Shown here: one piece after another, positions 1 through 12,912 of the stretch
Layout: each line of letters starts with the position of its first letter
How positions within the stretch are numbered: the stretch's first letter is position 1
NCBI GenBank assembly: GCA_050084515.1
Contig: CM114271.1
Span: 3,100,001-3,164,000 of the forward strand
Length of the DNA: 64,000 nucleotides
Reading direction: 5' to 3'
DNA from: Blasia pusilla
Lineage: Eukaryota
The notes under the pieces: model-generated
Seen by the model: only the letters and a program-made list of their open reading frames with translations
Databases searched by the model: none
Told to the model about the DNA's origin: nothing
Program-made: the position numbers and the translations under genes

Positions 1-1444
1 ATTTGTTGTCATCGAACACACACACAAACACGCACGATCCCATGCTAATTCATGGCATCCAGAAAACGAGACAAGAAGTACCAAAATATCTCCAATCGCC
101 CCCCTAGCTGGTAGTTACGTCCCTCTAACTCCAGATAGCCATCTATCCCTACCTACCATGACATACATCTCTCGGACACTAAGAGCAAGAAGGTTGGGTG
201 CTCATGTGGCCCCATCGTTAGTCACCTTCTTGTCATCCATGTCAAAGACACAAGTCAGAATGTAGAACTACCTACTCTATATACATTTGGGACATATCCA
301 TCGTCCCTGAGGAACCCTAGTGAGAGGTGGCGTCAAAATATGCCATATGCCATCCTCTCGAACACCCATCATAAACTAGCATAGTGGATGCACCACGGGC
401 GGAACCACACAACATACACCGCAAGCCTGCAAGAACTATTGCTAAGCTTGGATCAAATATACCGTCAATGTTCGGAAGATGACATGGCACACAGTTACGC
501 ACATGGTCCTTCCAAACCATACCATCGCCTCCCTCCAATAAGAGAACAACGAATAGTAAAACCTCACGCACTCTCAAGATGGTGCGCCCTGTAGTCACAT
601 CCAACGTCGTAGGTGCCGACGGCTGCAAGTAGATTAAGTCTTCTTGATGAAACCTCCGGATAGTAGGTCGATAACCACCTCCCCGAATAGTCACATACCT
701 CAACGTATCCCGATGTTGCGCAATCGCCAAGTTCTCAAAGGCCATGGGCATCACTCTCCAAAATAACTCATCCCTCTGAGAACATTCTCGCATCCATACA
801 TCAGGGTCATCAAGGTTCAACACCTCACCAACATCTCGACGAATGGCCGTAGGTAAATCTGGCTCTCGGTCATAAGGCAACAAGTACGGTGAGAAAGACG
901 CTAAGGATGCCTGCCTGCTGAATCTGTATCTCATCGCCAACCACGGAAACTAAAGGTCCCAATCTCCTAGGTGACCTCTTTGCAAGCCATACTTGCGTAG
1001 TCCTCTCTTCACCATCTGCACAACCCGCTGTGCTAGTCCATCCGCCTTAGGATGATTTCGGGAAGTAGTGCAGTGGTCGATCATTGCCTAATTACACAAG
1101 GCCTGAAACTCCCCGCGGAACTCTGTACCTTGGTCTGTCAACACCTCAACTAGTGCATCGTAATGATTGAGCACTCGATCTAGGAAGGCATATGCTACTC
1201 CTTCACTTGCTTTTTCAGGCAATGCAACCAACTCTATCCACTTCGAGAAGTGCTCGACCATCACCAACACATATCGACTATGGCGCTCCGTCAAAGGCAA
1301 AGGTCCTGGCAAATCCATACTCCATCTATAACCTAAACCCATGATCGGAAGTGGATGGAACTGTGGAGTCAGAGCATTGAGCGATGCTCGGACTCGATCA
1401 CACACCATGCATCTTGCAACAAATTGCTGAACGTCAGTCTGGAT
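1..1444 (-). mobile_element. G0: 3' part of a Gypsy-PHD retroelement (integrase, degenerate PHD, purine tract, start of B repeat); closely related to G3
   Basis: ORFs 1088-1588 and 317-940 match the G3 integrase closely (WSMDLPGPL, VMVEHFSKWIE, TDQGTEF, CMLCGSARG). Bases 1-105 are the reverse complement of G3 ~51590-51675. Interrupted at 1444 by G1. Confidence 0.9.
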
Positions 1445-4400
1445 TGTCACATGTGAGTAACCAGTAGACCAAGATCTATCGTGGATAGGACGTAGGAGCC
1501 AGCGGACTATCTGGAGTGTAACTTTGTCCCACGGTGTCGGATAAGGTTGAGGATAGGTCCATGGTGTCAGGAACGTCATTTCTGACAACTTTCACGTTGA
1601 GGACTTTCACAGCCGGATGACTTGTTGACCAGGTCACCCACCCTTGGTAACCTGTGCGCGCAAGTTACCAATGGGATGGCTATTTTTAGAGGAAGATCCT
1701 TTTGGCTCTTCCCAACCCTACATAAGAGAGGAAGATGGCTTTCCTAAGCCATCTTTCTCATGTTGGGCCGTTGGAGCACCTCTCTTGTATGTGTGTGAGA
1801 TAGGACTAGGGTGCTAGCGTCCGGATTCCTTGATAGCATAGGGTGGACTAGGCTCGATATGCCGATGTAGATTGAGGAGTGGACTTTTAGGCCGGGTGTG
1901 CCGTTTTTACTACTCTTTATTTTTATATGAGAGAGATGTTAGGGGGGCTGGTGGGAATTCATTGTTTGCAGGTAGGCAAGCGAGTTGCCTTGGTCAGGAG
2001 CCCCTGGAGTCGCGTGTGTTGCGGGTGTTGGTCATTTTTCTGTTCGGAAGGCCGTGGGCAGAAGCGTTGTCCGTTTTTCTCAGATTTTTGTTGGTGCGGA
2101 TAGACAAGGGACAACATCTGAGTGTTGCAGGAAGTGTGGCATTGGGTGTATGCGAGTGAGGGGTCGGGAAAGAACAGGAGGCGGCCGGGTCGCAGAGGCG
2201 GTTTAGGTCACAGAGGCGTCCGGAAATTAGGTCACGGACAGGCGAATGACGGGCCCCGACAGGCCTTCCCCCCCTCCCCTCCCTGCCCGAGGTGGGAGAC
2301 GCGCATCCCCCCCCATTTTAGGTAACGTGATAGCGGGTAGACTTCCGACAAGGTAAGCGACCTACATAGTTGGACAACCGATGTGGTTGATGTTGAACTA
2401 TGTGGTGAGACCCGACGCAGTTGGACGAGCGTGACAATTTGCGGGGGGAAATTGACAATGGAGCGTCAGTGCGCATGATGTCGACGGGTTGTCCGCATCT
2501 GTTGACGGGAGGATCGAGGTGTTGGTCGAGGAGAGTGTCGTGTTGCAGAGGTTGCCATGTCACATGGAGGAGTGCGTGTTGATGGTGCCTAGGTTGGAGG
2601 GCATGATCAGGTTACCCATTTGAGTCCCTTTTCCCGCACTTGTCGTGTGTGATTGAGAGTGCTGGGTATCGGGTAGTAGCTGGTGCTAGGTGGGTCCAGT
2701 GATGGTGACGAGTGTAGATTCTTTTCATGTGTAGCATGTTGGTGGATATACGGCGGTTTCTGAGTAGGGGTCGCGTGTATGACCCGAGAGAGTGTCGCTA
2801 GGTTAGGTGAGTCAATTGGGAGGCTCATGGTCAGCCTGAGTGTTGAGTGTGCGTGAGGCCGGGTATGTCATCACGGGATTGATGTTAGCATAGGTGAGCT
2901 AGTGAGGAGTGTGGGAGACTCTCGGTGAGTTTGAGTGCTTGAGCGGGTGAGATAGGGTTGTCATCACGGCGTTCTTCCAGGGTTCGGAAGAATGGGGTAG
3001 TGCGAGCAGTAGTAGTGGAGTGACACGGAGTGGAGTGAGATACCAAGGGGTTACGAGTGAGGAGCTACCTCGACATCCATCCGTGGCTAGATTGTCATCA
3101 ATTGACACTAAGTCTGGTGAGGAGATCGCAGACGGAGGCAGTATCACTGGGCAGGAGATGGACAACATGGACCATCGGGGCATGCGTCGTTTCTCGGGTG
3201 CAGTGGGCACCATTGACTTAGATGATTTTATCCAGGAGTTCGATACGTGGTGCAACTTCCAAGAGATACGGACCCCGACACGGTTCAACCCTTTTATGGC
3301 ATGGAAGGGGTTGTTCTAGCACTTGGAGGGTCCTCCGATGGATGATTACATGGAGTTTTGATCACTATATTCAATAGAGATCGATGCTTGGAGGATGTAT
3401 TGGGCTCCAGGGCATGTGTCCACTAGTGGTCGCGAGGCATCTGATGGGATTGTGAGAGGAGAGAGACCCACACCATCAACCCGGAGACTAGATGGAGAGG
3501 AGGGCAGTGAGACAGACGATGTGGCAGAGACCTCTGGTGGTAGAGGGCCACCTAGCTTCAACCCCACAGTGGAGTTCTTTCGACAGTTGGAGATGAGCTA
3601 CCACGACGTACGCACGGACAAGCTGAAGAGTCTCCAAGATTTTCAACAACGATCGGGTCAGAGTCTGAGAGAGGTATTCACACGCATGAGGAGGTTGATC
3701 ATTGCTACGTATGGAGTGACTGAGAAATAGTCAGTCTAGTATTGGTATGGGGTTCTGGATCGAGAACTACGGAGGAGAGTCGGAGATGCGATGCTGATTC
3801 ACACAGCGAAGCCCACATTGAAGGTGGTCTTTGAGTTGTCTGAGCGTATTGAGCTCAACATGAGTGAGGAGTAGGTAGTGACCACTGGATTTTCTCGAGA
3901 GTCAACGGGTCCATGAGCGACGGTGACCCCACAAGTGCCACAACGAGCACCAGTACCACGAGAGCAGGCCGGTATGCCCAGAGAGCAAGCCAGGTACCGT
4001 GAGCGTATGAGGCAACGACCCATACCTACATATGTTGCCCAACAGGCACTGATGTGGTCTTGTTGGGAATGTGGAGGGGCCCATAGGCAGAGAGACTGCC
4101 CACAGCATGGGAGAGGACCACGAGCGGCTCCAATTGCTCTGGAGCCACAGAGGATGGCCCCACCACAACACCAGTGTGACTATTGCCACAGATATGGTCA
4201 CACTAGGGATAGGTGTTTTGACCTTCGCCAAGAGGCACATCCAGAGGTAGGTCGAGGGCCTGGGGGCGGTCGTCCTAGAGGAGGTCGGGGAGTTCTTCTT
4301 GGACGTGGTGGTAGAGGACCACCACCAGCCAGAGGAGATGGAGCAGGAGCACCAAAGCCGACACTTCCCTCACGCATCAATCAGTTGGAGACGAGGATTA

Positions 4401-6494
4401 CTGCCATGACGATGATGTAACTCATGGAAGGCACGGAGCCGCGAGCAGCTAGTGTGGCTCCAACTTCTACCTCTTACCCTGACTCGGGTGAGGATCTCGC
4501 TAGTATGGGATTTATGTGTAGTGCAGCGGGGGCTGGTATTCTGGCAGGAGAGAGTAAGAGAGGAGAGGAAGAGAGGATGAGAGGAGAGTCTCTCTTAAAA
4601 AAAAAAGGGCCAAATCCGCCTCCTCTCTTCAAAACTTTTTGACATATTTGAATTTTTTTTTTGCTTTCAAATTCAAGAAATCTTTAGAAGAGAGTATTTA
4701 GTGGTCCACATTTGGCCCTAAAAAAACCTCCTCTTTCCTGGGGGCGAGAAAAAAGGAGACATCATAAGACCACCCTAAATATTTTTCCATCACTCTCCAT
4801 GTGAGCCTAAGTTTCTTAACATTCCTTGTCTCGGTCAACAAAAATCAGTGCCCTTGGTATTTTTGTTGGAGGACCACCCGGATGCCAACCTCTCTTTTTG
4901 CAGGGATTGTTGCCTGCATCATGGCCTCCCCTAAATTGCCCCATAACCAACTTTCTGTTGGTTATGAATGGTGTCTGCTCAAGACCAACTTTGTGAAATG
5001 TGAACACATCAGATCCTAAGGCTGAGAAACCGAGAAGCTGCACCCCTCCCAACCCGTAAGAAAGCTCACCATAAGAAAGGAAAGATTTTTAGAAGTGATT
5101 TTCTTCCACCCTGCACCCACGACGATCTAACAGGTTGGGAATCCGAAATGGCAATCCGACAAGTAGTAGGAATCCTGCACATCTTAGACAAGAAAAGAAG
5201 CCTACAACTGGTTTGACGAATATAGGGGAACGAGCCAAAAGTCAAGAAGCCCGCCACAATGTGTCAGAAGTTGGTCTCACCGGGATAGAGTCTGATCACT
5301 CAAGCAATCAACCTGTCGGAATCCGACAGGTTGATTGGAAATGGTAGAAAAGTTGCAGTGGGAAAAAGCAAAAAGTTGCAACCCGTCGGAATCATACGGG
5401 TTGCAGAATTGTAATTCTGAGTATCTAAAAGAACACAATCCACAAGTCCAAAAAAATATTCCATCAAACTTTTACAAACACCATTATGGGTTGAAAAAAT
5501 CTCGTCCTTTATTACCTCCGAAGGAACCTCGGAAATGTACATTTCACCTAGTCTATGATTTCTTCAGCCTCATCATCTAAAAATTTACTCCTAACTCTCC
5601 TTGGTGACAGTACCAAAGGAATGTCCTGGGATACAAGTGGCTCCTCTGGCCGATTGTAGACGGGGATCGAAAATGTTGGCGAATTCGAGAGCCTTGGCCC
5701 CCCCCTAGGTACACCATAACGGTCCCATATAACCTGTGTCGAGTCCCACCGCCTTCCTCGGCAGTATACCTTGTACGCTCTGCAATGTGACACCCATCCA
5801 GTATCAATAATTGCTCCGTCCCCGGTAATACCATTATGGCAATCGCACAGGTAGTAGGAATCCAACACGTCTGAGAGAAGAAAAGAAGCCTACGCTTTTT
5901 GCCTTTACGAGTTGAGGGAAGGTGCCAGGGAAGAATCCCGCCGGACTTCCTCTTAAGTTGGACCAACAGGAAAGAGTCAATCAGGCAACTGTCGGAATTA
6001 GACAGGTTGCCTGGAAGTGGTAAAAAGGGTGCAGTGGTCAAAAAGTGAAAAGATGCAAGCAAGAGAAATCCGACGGGTTGCAGTGGTCATAAAGTGAAAA
6101 GTTGCAAGCAGGAGAAATCCGACGGGTTGCAAAATAGAAGTCCATGAGTACATAGACGATCACATTGAAAAAGACAAAAATGTTCAAAGCAAACTTTTAC
6201 AAGCACCACCATCGTTGAAAAAATCTTCGCTTTATATCATCCGAAAAAAGCTCTGAATCAGTACATTTGATCTATTCTATGAAATTTTTGCCTCATCATC
6301 AAAAAACTCCCTACTCCAAACGCTGCAAATCAAGTGGGTCATTGAGTTCTTTGAACTCACTCGTCATCGTCGAGAGCTCTTGCAAAATTACTTTCGGCCT
6401 TGCCCTCCCGATTTTGGAATCGTTGGAAGTGACGATGGAGTCACTACCAAGGGTGGCTCTGGAACCGAGCTCTCGGCCGGTGGAGAGTTGTACG

Positions 6495-6755
6495 CTAACA
6501 ACGAGCCAGATTCGCCTTTGCCTCCTTGCAAAGGTCAAACAGTTCCTGCCTTCCCTCGAGGCAGAGAATGTTCCTGCCACTCTGCCAGGCGCCTTTGATA
6601 CTTGCCCCTGAAAGTCCCACTAAGTCGAACACCAAGTCACCCGGCCTTGAGCAGAGCTGGATGAGCATTTGCATCAAGGCTGGCGACTTTTCCCTTCCTC
6701 CCGAAGTCGGGTACTGTCTTGCATGTAAATTCCTGGGGGGAATTGTACAAACTAT
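6495..6755 (-). CDS. Beta-class N4/N6 DNA methyltransferase-like SAM-binding segment (motifs X-I-II, degenerate)
   Basis: Minus frame reads GREKSPALMQMLIQLCSRPGDLVFDLVGLSGASIKGAWQSGRNILCLE, cf. consensus KPxxLxxxLIxxxSxPGDxVLDPFxGSGTTxxAAxxxGRxxIGxE. No [DNS]PP[YF] catalytic motif found upstream. Confidence 0.6.
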   Translation of the reverse strand: MVCTIPPRNLHARQYPTSGGREKSPALMQMLIQLCSRPGDLVFDLVGLSGASIKGAWQSGRNILCLEGRQELFDLCKEAKANLARC

Positions 6756-6937
6756 CTAAGCTGTACCCATCTGAGCATGGATCCATAGGATCCTGGATCT
6801 TGAACACCAGGAAATTGTGCTCAGGCTGAACGAAGCAGTACATGTAGGAGTGGTCCATCTGTAAATCAACACGTTGGAAACAATGTCAGAAACTAAAGAA
6901 GTCGGCTTGACAACATTTTCAATAACTGACTTTGGAT

Positions 6938-7320
6938 CAACTTGTCGGAGTCCGATGGGTTGTTTTGTCCCGGACCAACCCGTCGCCTTCCGACGGGTTG
7001 GTCAGGGACTAGAAAAACCCGTCGGGCTCCGTTTTTTTTGTCCGTGAGCAACCCGTCGGAAGGCGATGGGTTGCTGGCCTAGAGCAGCCCATGCTCGCCT
7101 GAGAGCAACCCGTCGCTATCAGACGGGTTGAATCCGAAAACCAAAAGCAACTGTGAAAAACCAAAAGCAACTGCAACCCGTCGGGTTCTGACGGGTTGCA
7201 GGTACACCGCGGTTTTCCCTGTGTATCTGGGAAAGATGCAACCCGTCGAAAACCGACGGGTTGCTCTTAGCCGCATGGGCTGCTCTAAGCCAGCAACCCG
7301 TCGCCTTCCGACGGGTTGCT
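6938..7320. repeat. Cluster of GCAACCCGTCGG-N3-CCGACGGGTTGC palindromes in intron 6859-7435
   Basis: About 8 copies, at ~6938, 6976, 7016, 7048, 7105, 7174, 7238 and 7293. Confidence 0.9.
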
Positions 7321-9479
7321 CATGGAAAACAAAAACCCAGATTGACACTCATTATACTCACTCAACGGAGATGAACACTCATTATACACATCATTAAAAT
7401 ATAATTGAAATTATAGTACAGGAATTGAGCCTTACCCGAATCTGACTCGTCGCGGATCGGAGTGGGTACTCGTTTTTTATGATCCAAGATTGCGCCGTCC
7501 TCCACTTTAGCGACCTCTTGACGCACTGGAGGTTGAAGAGCTCGTCCTCGCTCCCTCCAGTCAACACCAAGAAGCAGCCCTGTCACTCGGATAGAGTCGC
7601 AAAGGAGAACAAAAGCGCACTGGTCATAAGAGAGCGGCACATTCCACTCGGTACCTCGTCCGACGGATTTCGCCCCAAAGTCGCAACCCCGAGGGCAGAT
7701 CGGCGATCAAGAGATCCACCGCAACCTCTTCGACCACTCCATTCACCGCCCAGGCAGCGTGCCCGCTTTCGTTGGAGCTTCCGCCCCAGCGTTGTCAATT
7801 TTTGATGGCTGGGTGTCGACGCTTGAGAATCGAAGCTCTTCACTCATCCAATAAAGGAGTGAATCAAGGAGGACGCTTGTCCGGTCGTTGTTTGTCTGTG
7901 TCTTCCCAAGGATGATGGATCAGTATTCTCCTTGGGACAACCCGGGCACCTCTCGCTTCCGCTTCTCCCTAGTCTGCGGACGGCTTGTCGGGTCTCTATG
8001 ACCTCGGACTGGTGGGGTTTTTTTCGCCGAGGACTGGTCCGACCCTCTCTCCCCCTTTCGTCCGAACGATTCCGCTGTGGCCTTGAATCTTCAGCCTCTC
8101 TTTGGGAAGACTCCGCCTCTGAATTTTTCCCTCCTGGCCTTGCCTTTGAGACCATTTGTGGATTTATCTTTGGTTGTGCGGACCTTGGAAGCCAACTCAC
8201 TGTGTCTCGTGGGCCTGCTCTTCTGCATCTCCTCGAAGAAGTCTTGATTTGGGCGAAATTGGGGTTGTCGACTTCACCTGAGGCCATTGCATCATGAAGC
8301 ACTCGTAAATCCTTATTGGTGATGTCTTCAGGGTCGTTGAAGTCGAGCCAAATGGGGCAATTCTCCACCTCCCAATCGGACATGTGCTGCCCCATCTCCA
8401 TGTCGCATACATGGAGAATGTCTCGCATCCGGCGAAGCCCACAATTTCAAGGCTACTGGTAATTTTCCCCACGTACCTGCATTCTTACATTGGACGAGGT
8501 ACTTGAAGACCATCCGTTGGGCAGCTTTTAGTCGAACAGAATCGGCCGTCTGCTCCTGTAGATCTCGCTTCTTCTTCGCTTGATCCCGTTTGTTCCCCTC
8601 TACTTCTTCGTCAAGCTCTGCCTGAGGGAGGACGCAAACCTTGAACATGGTCTTGAATCCTAGGTTTTTGGTTGGCTTGTCCCGGATGTCGTCGAGCCAA
8701 ACCTCGAAATCTCCAGAACTTTCAAGGTTTGCTTCATCCGGGATGGGCTCTAATCTTCTGAGCTCCGCTTGCAGACCGTCCAGCACGGACTTCCCGATAA
8801 CCCCGCAGCGGCCCCAGTAACGACCATTCGCCAGGTGCAAGATCATGGATCGGACACACCCGGAGGATGGTGTGCCGCCCTCTTCTGGGCCTCTGAGCCC
8901 TCGAGACTGATTTTCATCAGTCGGATCCTCCTAAACTCGCTTATGCCGGACAACGCAAACCGATGCACGCGATCCAGGGACACTTTCTCCCCAATCTGAC
9001 CATGCGGATCTTCATCCCTTTTCCGCCGGCGCTTGATAATCGCCTTCAGCTCCTTGTAGAACTCCGGACCAAGTTCGGGGTTGAGAATGCTGATGTATCG
9101 CTGCATCTTGCTCGCCGTGTATTTCGTTCTGCAGATCTGCAGCTTGATGAATTTCGCGCTCAGACGCAGATACCTTCTCCCTCCGCTCGGCTCGGTCGGC
9201 GCTTTTCTTGCGGCTTTGTATCTTCGACCAGCAAAGGATGGTTACGGCTGCATCTTGGGAAATAAACTTATTTGCCTAAGTTTTCTTTTTAATCTGAGCA
9301 CCCTCTGCAAGCATCTGATTGACAAGGGGATCGCCCAAGAACCCCCTGTACTCTCCCGGGTGTGTCGTAAGCACCTTCCTCACCCGATCATAGTCCTGGA
9401 TCCAGTGGTGGGTGACATTCCCCTCCGATACAATCTTGCACATCCAAACCCAACCCGTCAGGAAATTACATGGGTTCTT

Positions 9480-10020
9480 GCAACCCGTCGGACTCCGACG
9501 GGTCGTCACAGCTCAAGGTTGGATTCTAGCAACGAGCTAAATGATGCAACCCGTCGGAGTCCGACGGATTGCATTCAGATTTGCTAATGCCTGGTAAGCA
9601 AACCGTTGGAGTCCGACGGGTTGCTCGACTCGCCGCCTTATCAGGATGTTTTTTGAAGAATGCAACTCGTCGGAGTCCGACGAGTTGTTCGACTGACTGC
9701 AAGTTTAGAAGGTTTTTTCCCCAAAGCAACCCGTCAGACTCCGACGGGTTGATTTCGGCCAAAAATAGTTTCGAGGCAAGCAACTCGTCGGAGTCCGACA
9801 AGTTGCATTCTTCAAAAAACATCTTGACAAGGCGGCGAGTCGAACAACCCGTCGGACTCCGACGGTTTGCTTTGGGCCAAAAACTAATTAAATCCGTGGT
9901 CAATCAAACAACTCCAATCTGAAGTCGAGCAACCCGTCGGAGTCCGATGAGTTGCTTTCGGCAAAAACAAACCTAAACCATTCATCAATCAAGCACCTCG
10001 TCGGAGTCCGACGAGTTGCG
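9480..10020. repeat. Palindrome cluster, ~50-85 bp spacing, intronic
   Basis: Copies at ~9480, 9546, 9598, 9662, 9726, 9780, 9845, 9929 and 9993. Confidence 0.9.
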
Positions 10021-10040
10021 TAAGTGTTAAAGATACTCAC

Positions 10041-10495
10041 GTGCTCATGGCATGCATTGCCATCTCCACCGTCGCCATGTGATGAGGGAATGGGTGAAGG
10101 ACCACTGCCTCCAATGAGTTGGGCCGCTCCTCCGCAAACTTGGTCCACGCCATGAACCTATGATTTCCATCCCAGATGAAGAAATGCAGATTCCTCATCC
10201 AGCTGAATTCCGTGCCCTCAACTTGCCTTCTGAAATCCTGGTCTCGCATCCTCCAGAATGTGTCGAGCTTTTCCAAGTCCTCCTCCGTAACCAGAGCTTG
10301 GGTTCCATGCTCGTCGTAAGGCTGAACATAGAAGGGAGGAAAGTTGTCGACGTAGGATGCTGTCGCCGCCGATTGTTTAAGCTTCGCGATGTCCTCGTCG
10401 GACTGAATTTCGCGGATGTATTCCATTGTCCGCAATCGGCAGAGTGGAATCCTCGGGGCGTTGTGGCCCTCCATGAGTGCCATCTGCTTTACCAC
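10041..10495 (-). CDS. ParB/sulfiredoxin-like domain exon
   Basis: RIPLCRLR...IREIQSDEDIAKLKQS...FPPFYV...FFIWDGNHRFMAW follows the ParB-N/Srx pattern ending in hhhDGxHRhxA (~10145-10185). Confidence 0.65.
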
Positions 10496-11589
10496 CTGTA
10501 AGAACCGGGACAAGATGAATAAGCTACACTGAATTCCCAATGAATTGCAATTCACTGATCCTCTCTTACTCGCTCGAAAATGGGGTCGGTTTCTTGACCA
10601 ACTAACTTGTCTGAGATAGAAGCTGGAAAATCGACTGGGAACTCGTCGATCCGATAAAGGTTGATGTCCTCCGCCGGGCTTGGAGTCGAGAATGACCGCT
10701 CTCCGGCTTCTTCGGCCATGTCCACCATCTCCACGCTGGCGGTCCTCATGACCTCGTCGTCATCGATTTCAACTTCTGGCGTTTCCACTATGTTGATTGT
10801 GTCCCCGGACTTTGTGGGGGACATTTCCCGCATCTCAACACTTGCGGCTGGACGGGCTGGGCTATCGTCAATGGCTATCGCTTTTTCCCTCCTCGCTTTA
10901 GCCAATTCTGCCCTCCTCACCGACGCGTCCAGACGCTTCTTTTCTCTCTTTTCGTCGGCGATCCTTTTCTTCAAGGCCTGCGACGTCTCAGCCTCTGACG
11001 TTCTATTTATCTAGCGCCTCTTGAACACGTCTCACAAGAAGCACTTGGTTGTGCATCTCCGCTTCCCTTTCCCGCTCCTCGATTTCCTGCTGCCTAATTT
11101 CATTCGCCGAACAAGGCCCAGGAGAAGCTGACGCAGGAGTCCTAATGGACTTCGGAGTGAAGCTCCAAGACTTGTTGGCTTGTGATTTTTTCCTCGTCAT
11201 TTTTTCCGGAAATGCCTCCACCTATGTCCACGACGAATCCCTTGATCAGTCGCCTTGCTGATGTCGAGATGGGGAGCTCGAATCGCCTTGATGGGTAGCT
11301 CGAATCGTCCCGTGATCGCTCTGTCGAACCGTCTCGCTATCGTTCGGTCGAACCATCTCGCTCTCGTTCCCTCCTATCGACTCGGGATGTGTCGCCGTGT
11401 GAAATGCCCCTTCATATCTGATCAGCTGTTGCGCGGGAGTGTGAGGAATGAAGATCGCGAAATGAGAAACCGGAAATGAGCGATTTCTGCCCTATTTATA
11501 CTTTTCTAGCCGTTGGGCTGACCGTTGGGTCCCATCGTCCTTTCGACGGCGACGTGCCGGATGTTACGGAAGTCCGGACGTGAAAAATG

Positions 11590-12172
11590 GCAACCCGTCG
11601 GAGTACAACAGGTTGCGCGGCTACGCCATCCTGGGTACGTCGCCACATGCGCGAGCAACCCGTCGAAGACCGACGCGTTGAGCGCCTCCGTTGTCTTCGG
11701 AAAAGAACGCGAGGTACCCCCGCAACCCGTCGGAGACCGACATGTTGCGCGCCTCCGCCGTGTTTGGGACGGGAACGGGACGTATCTTGGGCAATCCGTC
11801 GGAGACCGTTGGGTTGCACGCTTCCCTCATCAAGGGTTAAGAACGAGGGCTTCCCGTGCAAGTCGTCGGAGTCCGGCTGGCTGCACCATAAGGCGAGGCC
11901 CTTGCGCAACCCGTTGGAGGGCGACGGGTTGCACGCCTCGCCGTCTTTGGGCAAAAAGGTGAGGCACCCGTGGAACTCGTCGGGAACAGACGGTTTGCAC
12001 GCCTCCGGCATCTTCGGGCAAGAAGGAGGGGTATCCGAGCAACTCGTCGGAGAGCGACGGGTTGCTCGCTTCAAAAATGTTTAGCAGAAGCGTGCAACCC
12101 GTCCGATGCCGACGGGTTGCAGGCTTCGGTTAGCTTCGGGTAATTTTTCAGTTAACAGGACTCCGACGGGTT
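11590..12172. repeat. Palindrome cluster, ~65 bp period, in the region between the divergent accessory and transposase genes
   Basis: Copies at ~11590, 11655, 11722, 11791, 11857, 11906, 11973, 12039 and 12094, plus a half site at ~12160. Confidence 0.9.
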
Positions 12173-12912
12173 CCAAGTGCGATGCGCAACCCTCTGCTTC
12201 CCAAATCCGGTAACATATTGCAACTGAATTGAATGTGTCCGCAGGTGGATCCATTGTGTCAGACAATGTCACCCACCGAATTCATCTTGTCAGTAAAAAT
12301 CTGTCAGGAGTATCTGTTTCCTATTCACTATAAATTAAAAATTCTCATTCTCAGTCTCCTTACGTTGGAATCTTCTTGGAATGGATAATTATGTTAAGCT
12401 CACTTGTGGCAGTCATCTGGCGGCCCTTTCTCAATCAGAAATCATTCGACCCCAAGCTCGTGAGTCTTTCATAGCAGTGGATGAAAATTTTTTCTGCATT
12501 CGATTTCTTCTCCAATTGGAACCATCTTTGTATCCAAAGATGTTAGGGTGGACAGTTTGGAAGACATAATAGGTGAGACAGTCCAGCCGGTGACCTCGAC
12601 TGACCGTAAAGTATGGAATCTCCTACCTCTAGCAAATGGTCAATATAGAGTTTACGGCCGCCCCGATCGTCTGTTTCCCAAGTAGACGGTCTAGAATTTC
12701 CTAGTGCTCCGAGCTCCACGTTTGCAACTCCAAGCTCTGCAGATCCGGCCGACCAACCATGACGCTCGAACAATGTTGTTCTTCTTGAAGAGATTCCGGA
12801 TGTTATCAACCTCGGCTGGATCCGCTTCGGACACCAATCGGGCCCTCTGTCCGCCTACTCGTTCCTCTTGCAAGTATCAGGCAATAGTTTGCTTTCGTCT
12901 CTGGCCTTGAAA

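Larger units (their letters stand above)
6311..11221 (-). pseudogene. Multi-exon MULE accessory gene: charged N-terminus, ParB/Srx-like domain, unknown middle, N4/N6-MTase-like SAM-binding C-terminal segment
   Basis: Run of minus-strand ORFs (11003-11221, 10552-10974, 10037-10555, 9276-9509, 8843-9106, 8328-8846, 7844-8428, 7362-7640, 6637-6858, 6495-6677). Splice signals: donor GTGAG at 10040, donor GTAAG at 7435, acceptor TTTACAG at 6859. Exon joining is not fully resolved. Confidence 0.6.

Noticed and set aside
9480-12172. CRISPR-like appearance: palindromic ~27-bp repeats with unique ~35-40 bp spacers
   Set aside because: Repeats are degenerate, spacing is irregular, spacers within a cluster are partly related, copies sit in introns of a eukaryotic transposon, and no cas gene or leader is present.
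11496-12272. Overlapping ORFs with recurring ATRRxPTGC peptides (also 7079-7397, 9526-9922, 14118-14752)
   Set aside because: These are translations of the DNA palindrome, open on both strands and in predicted non-coding regions.
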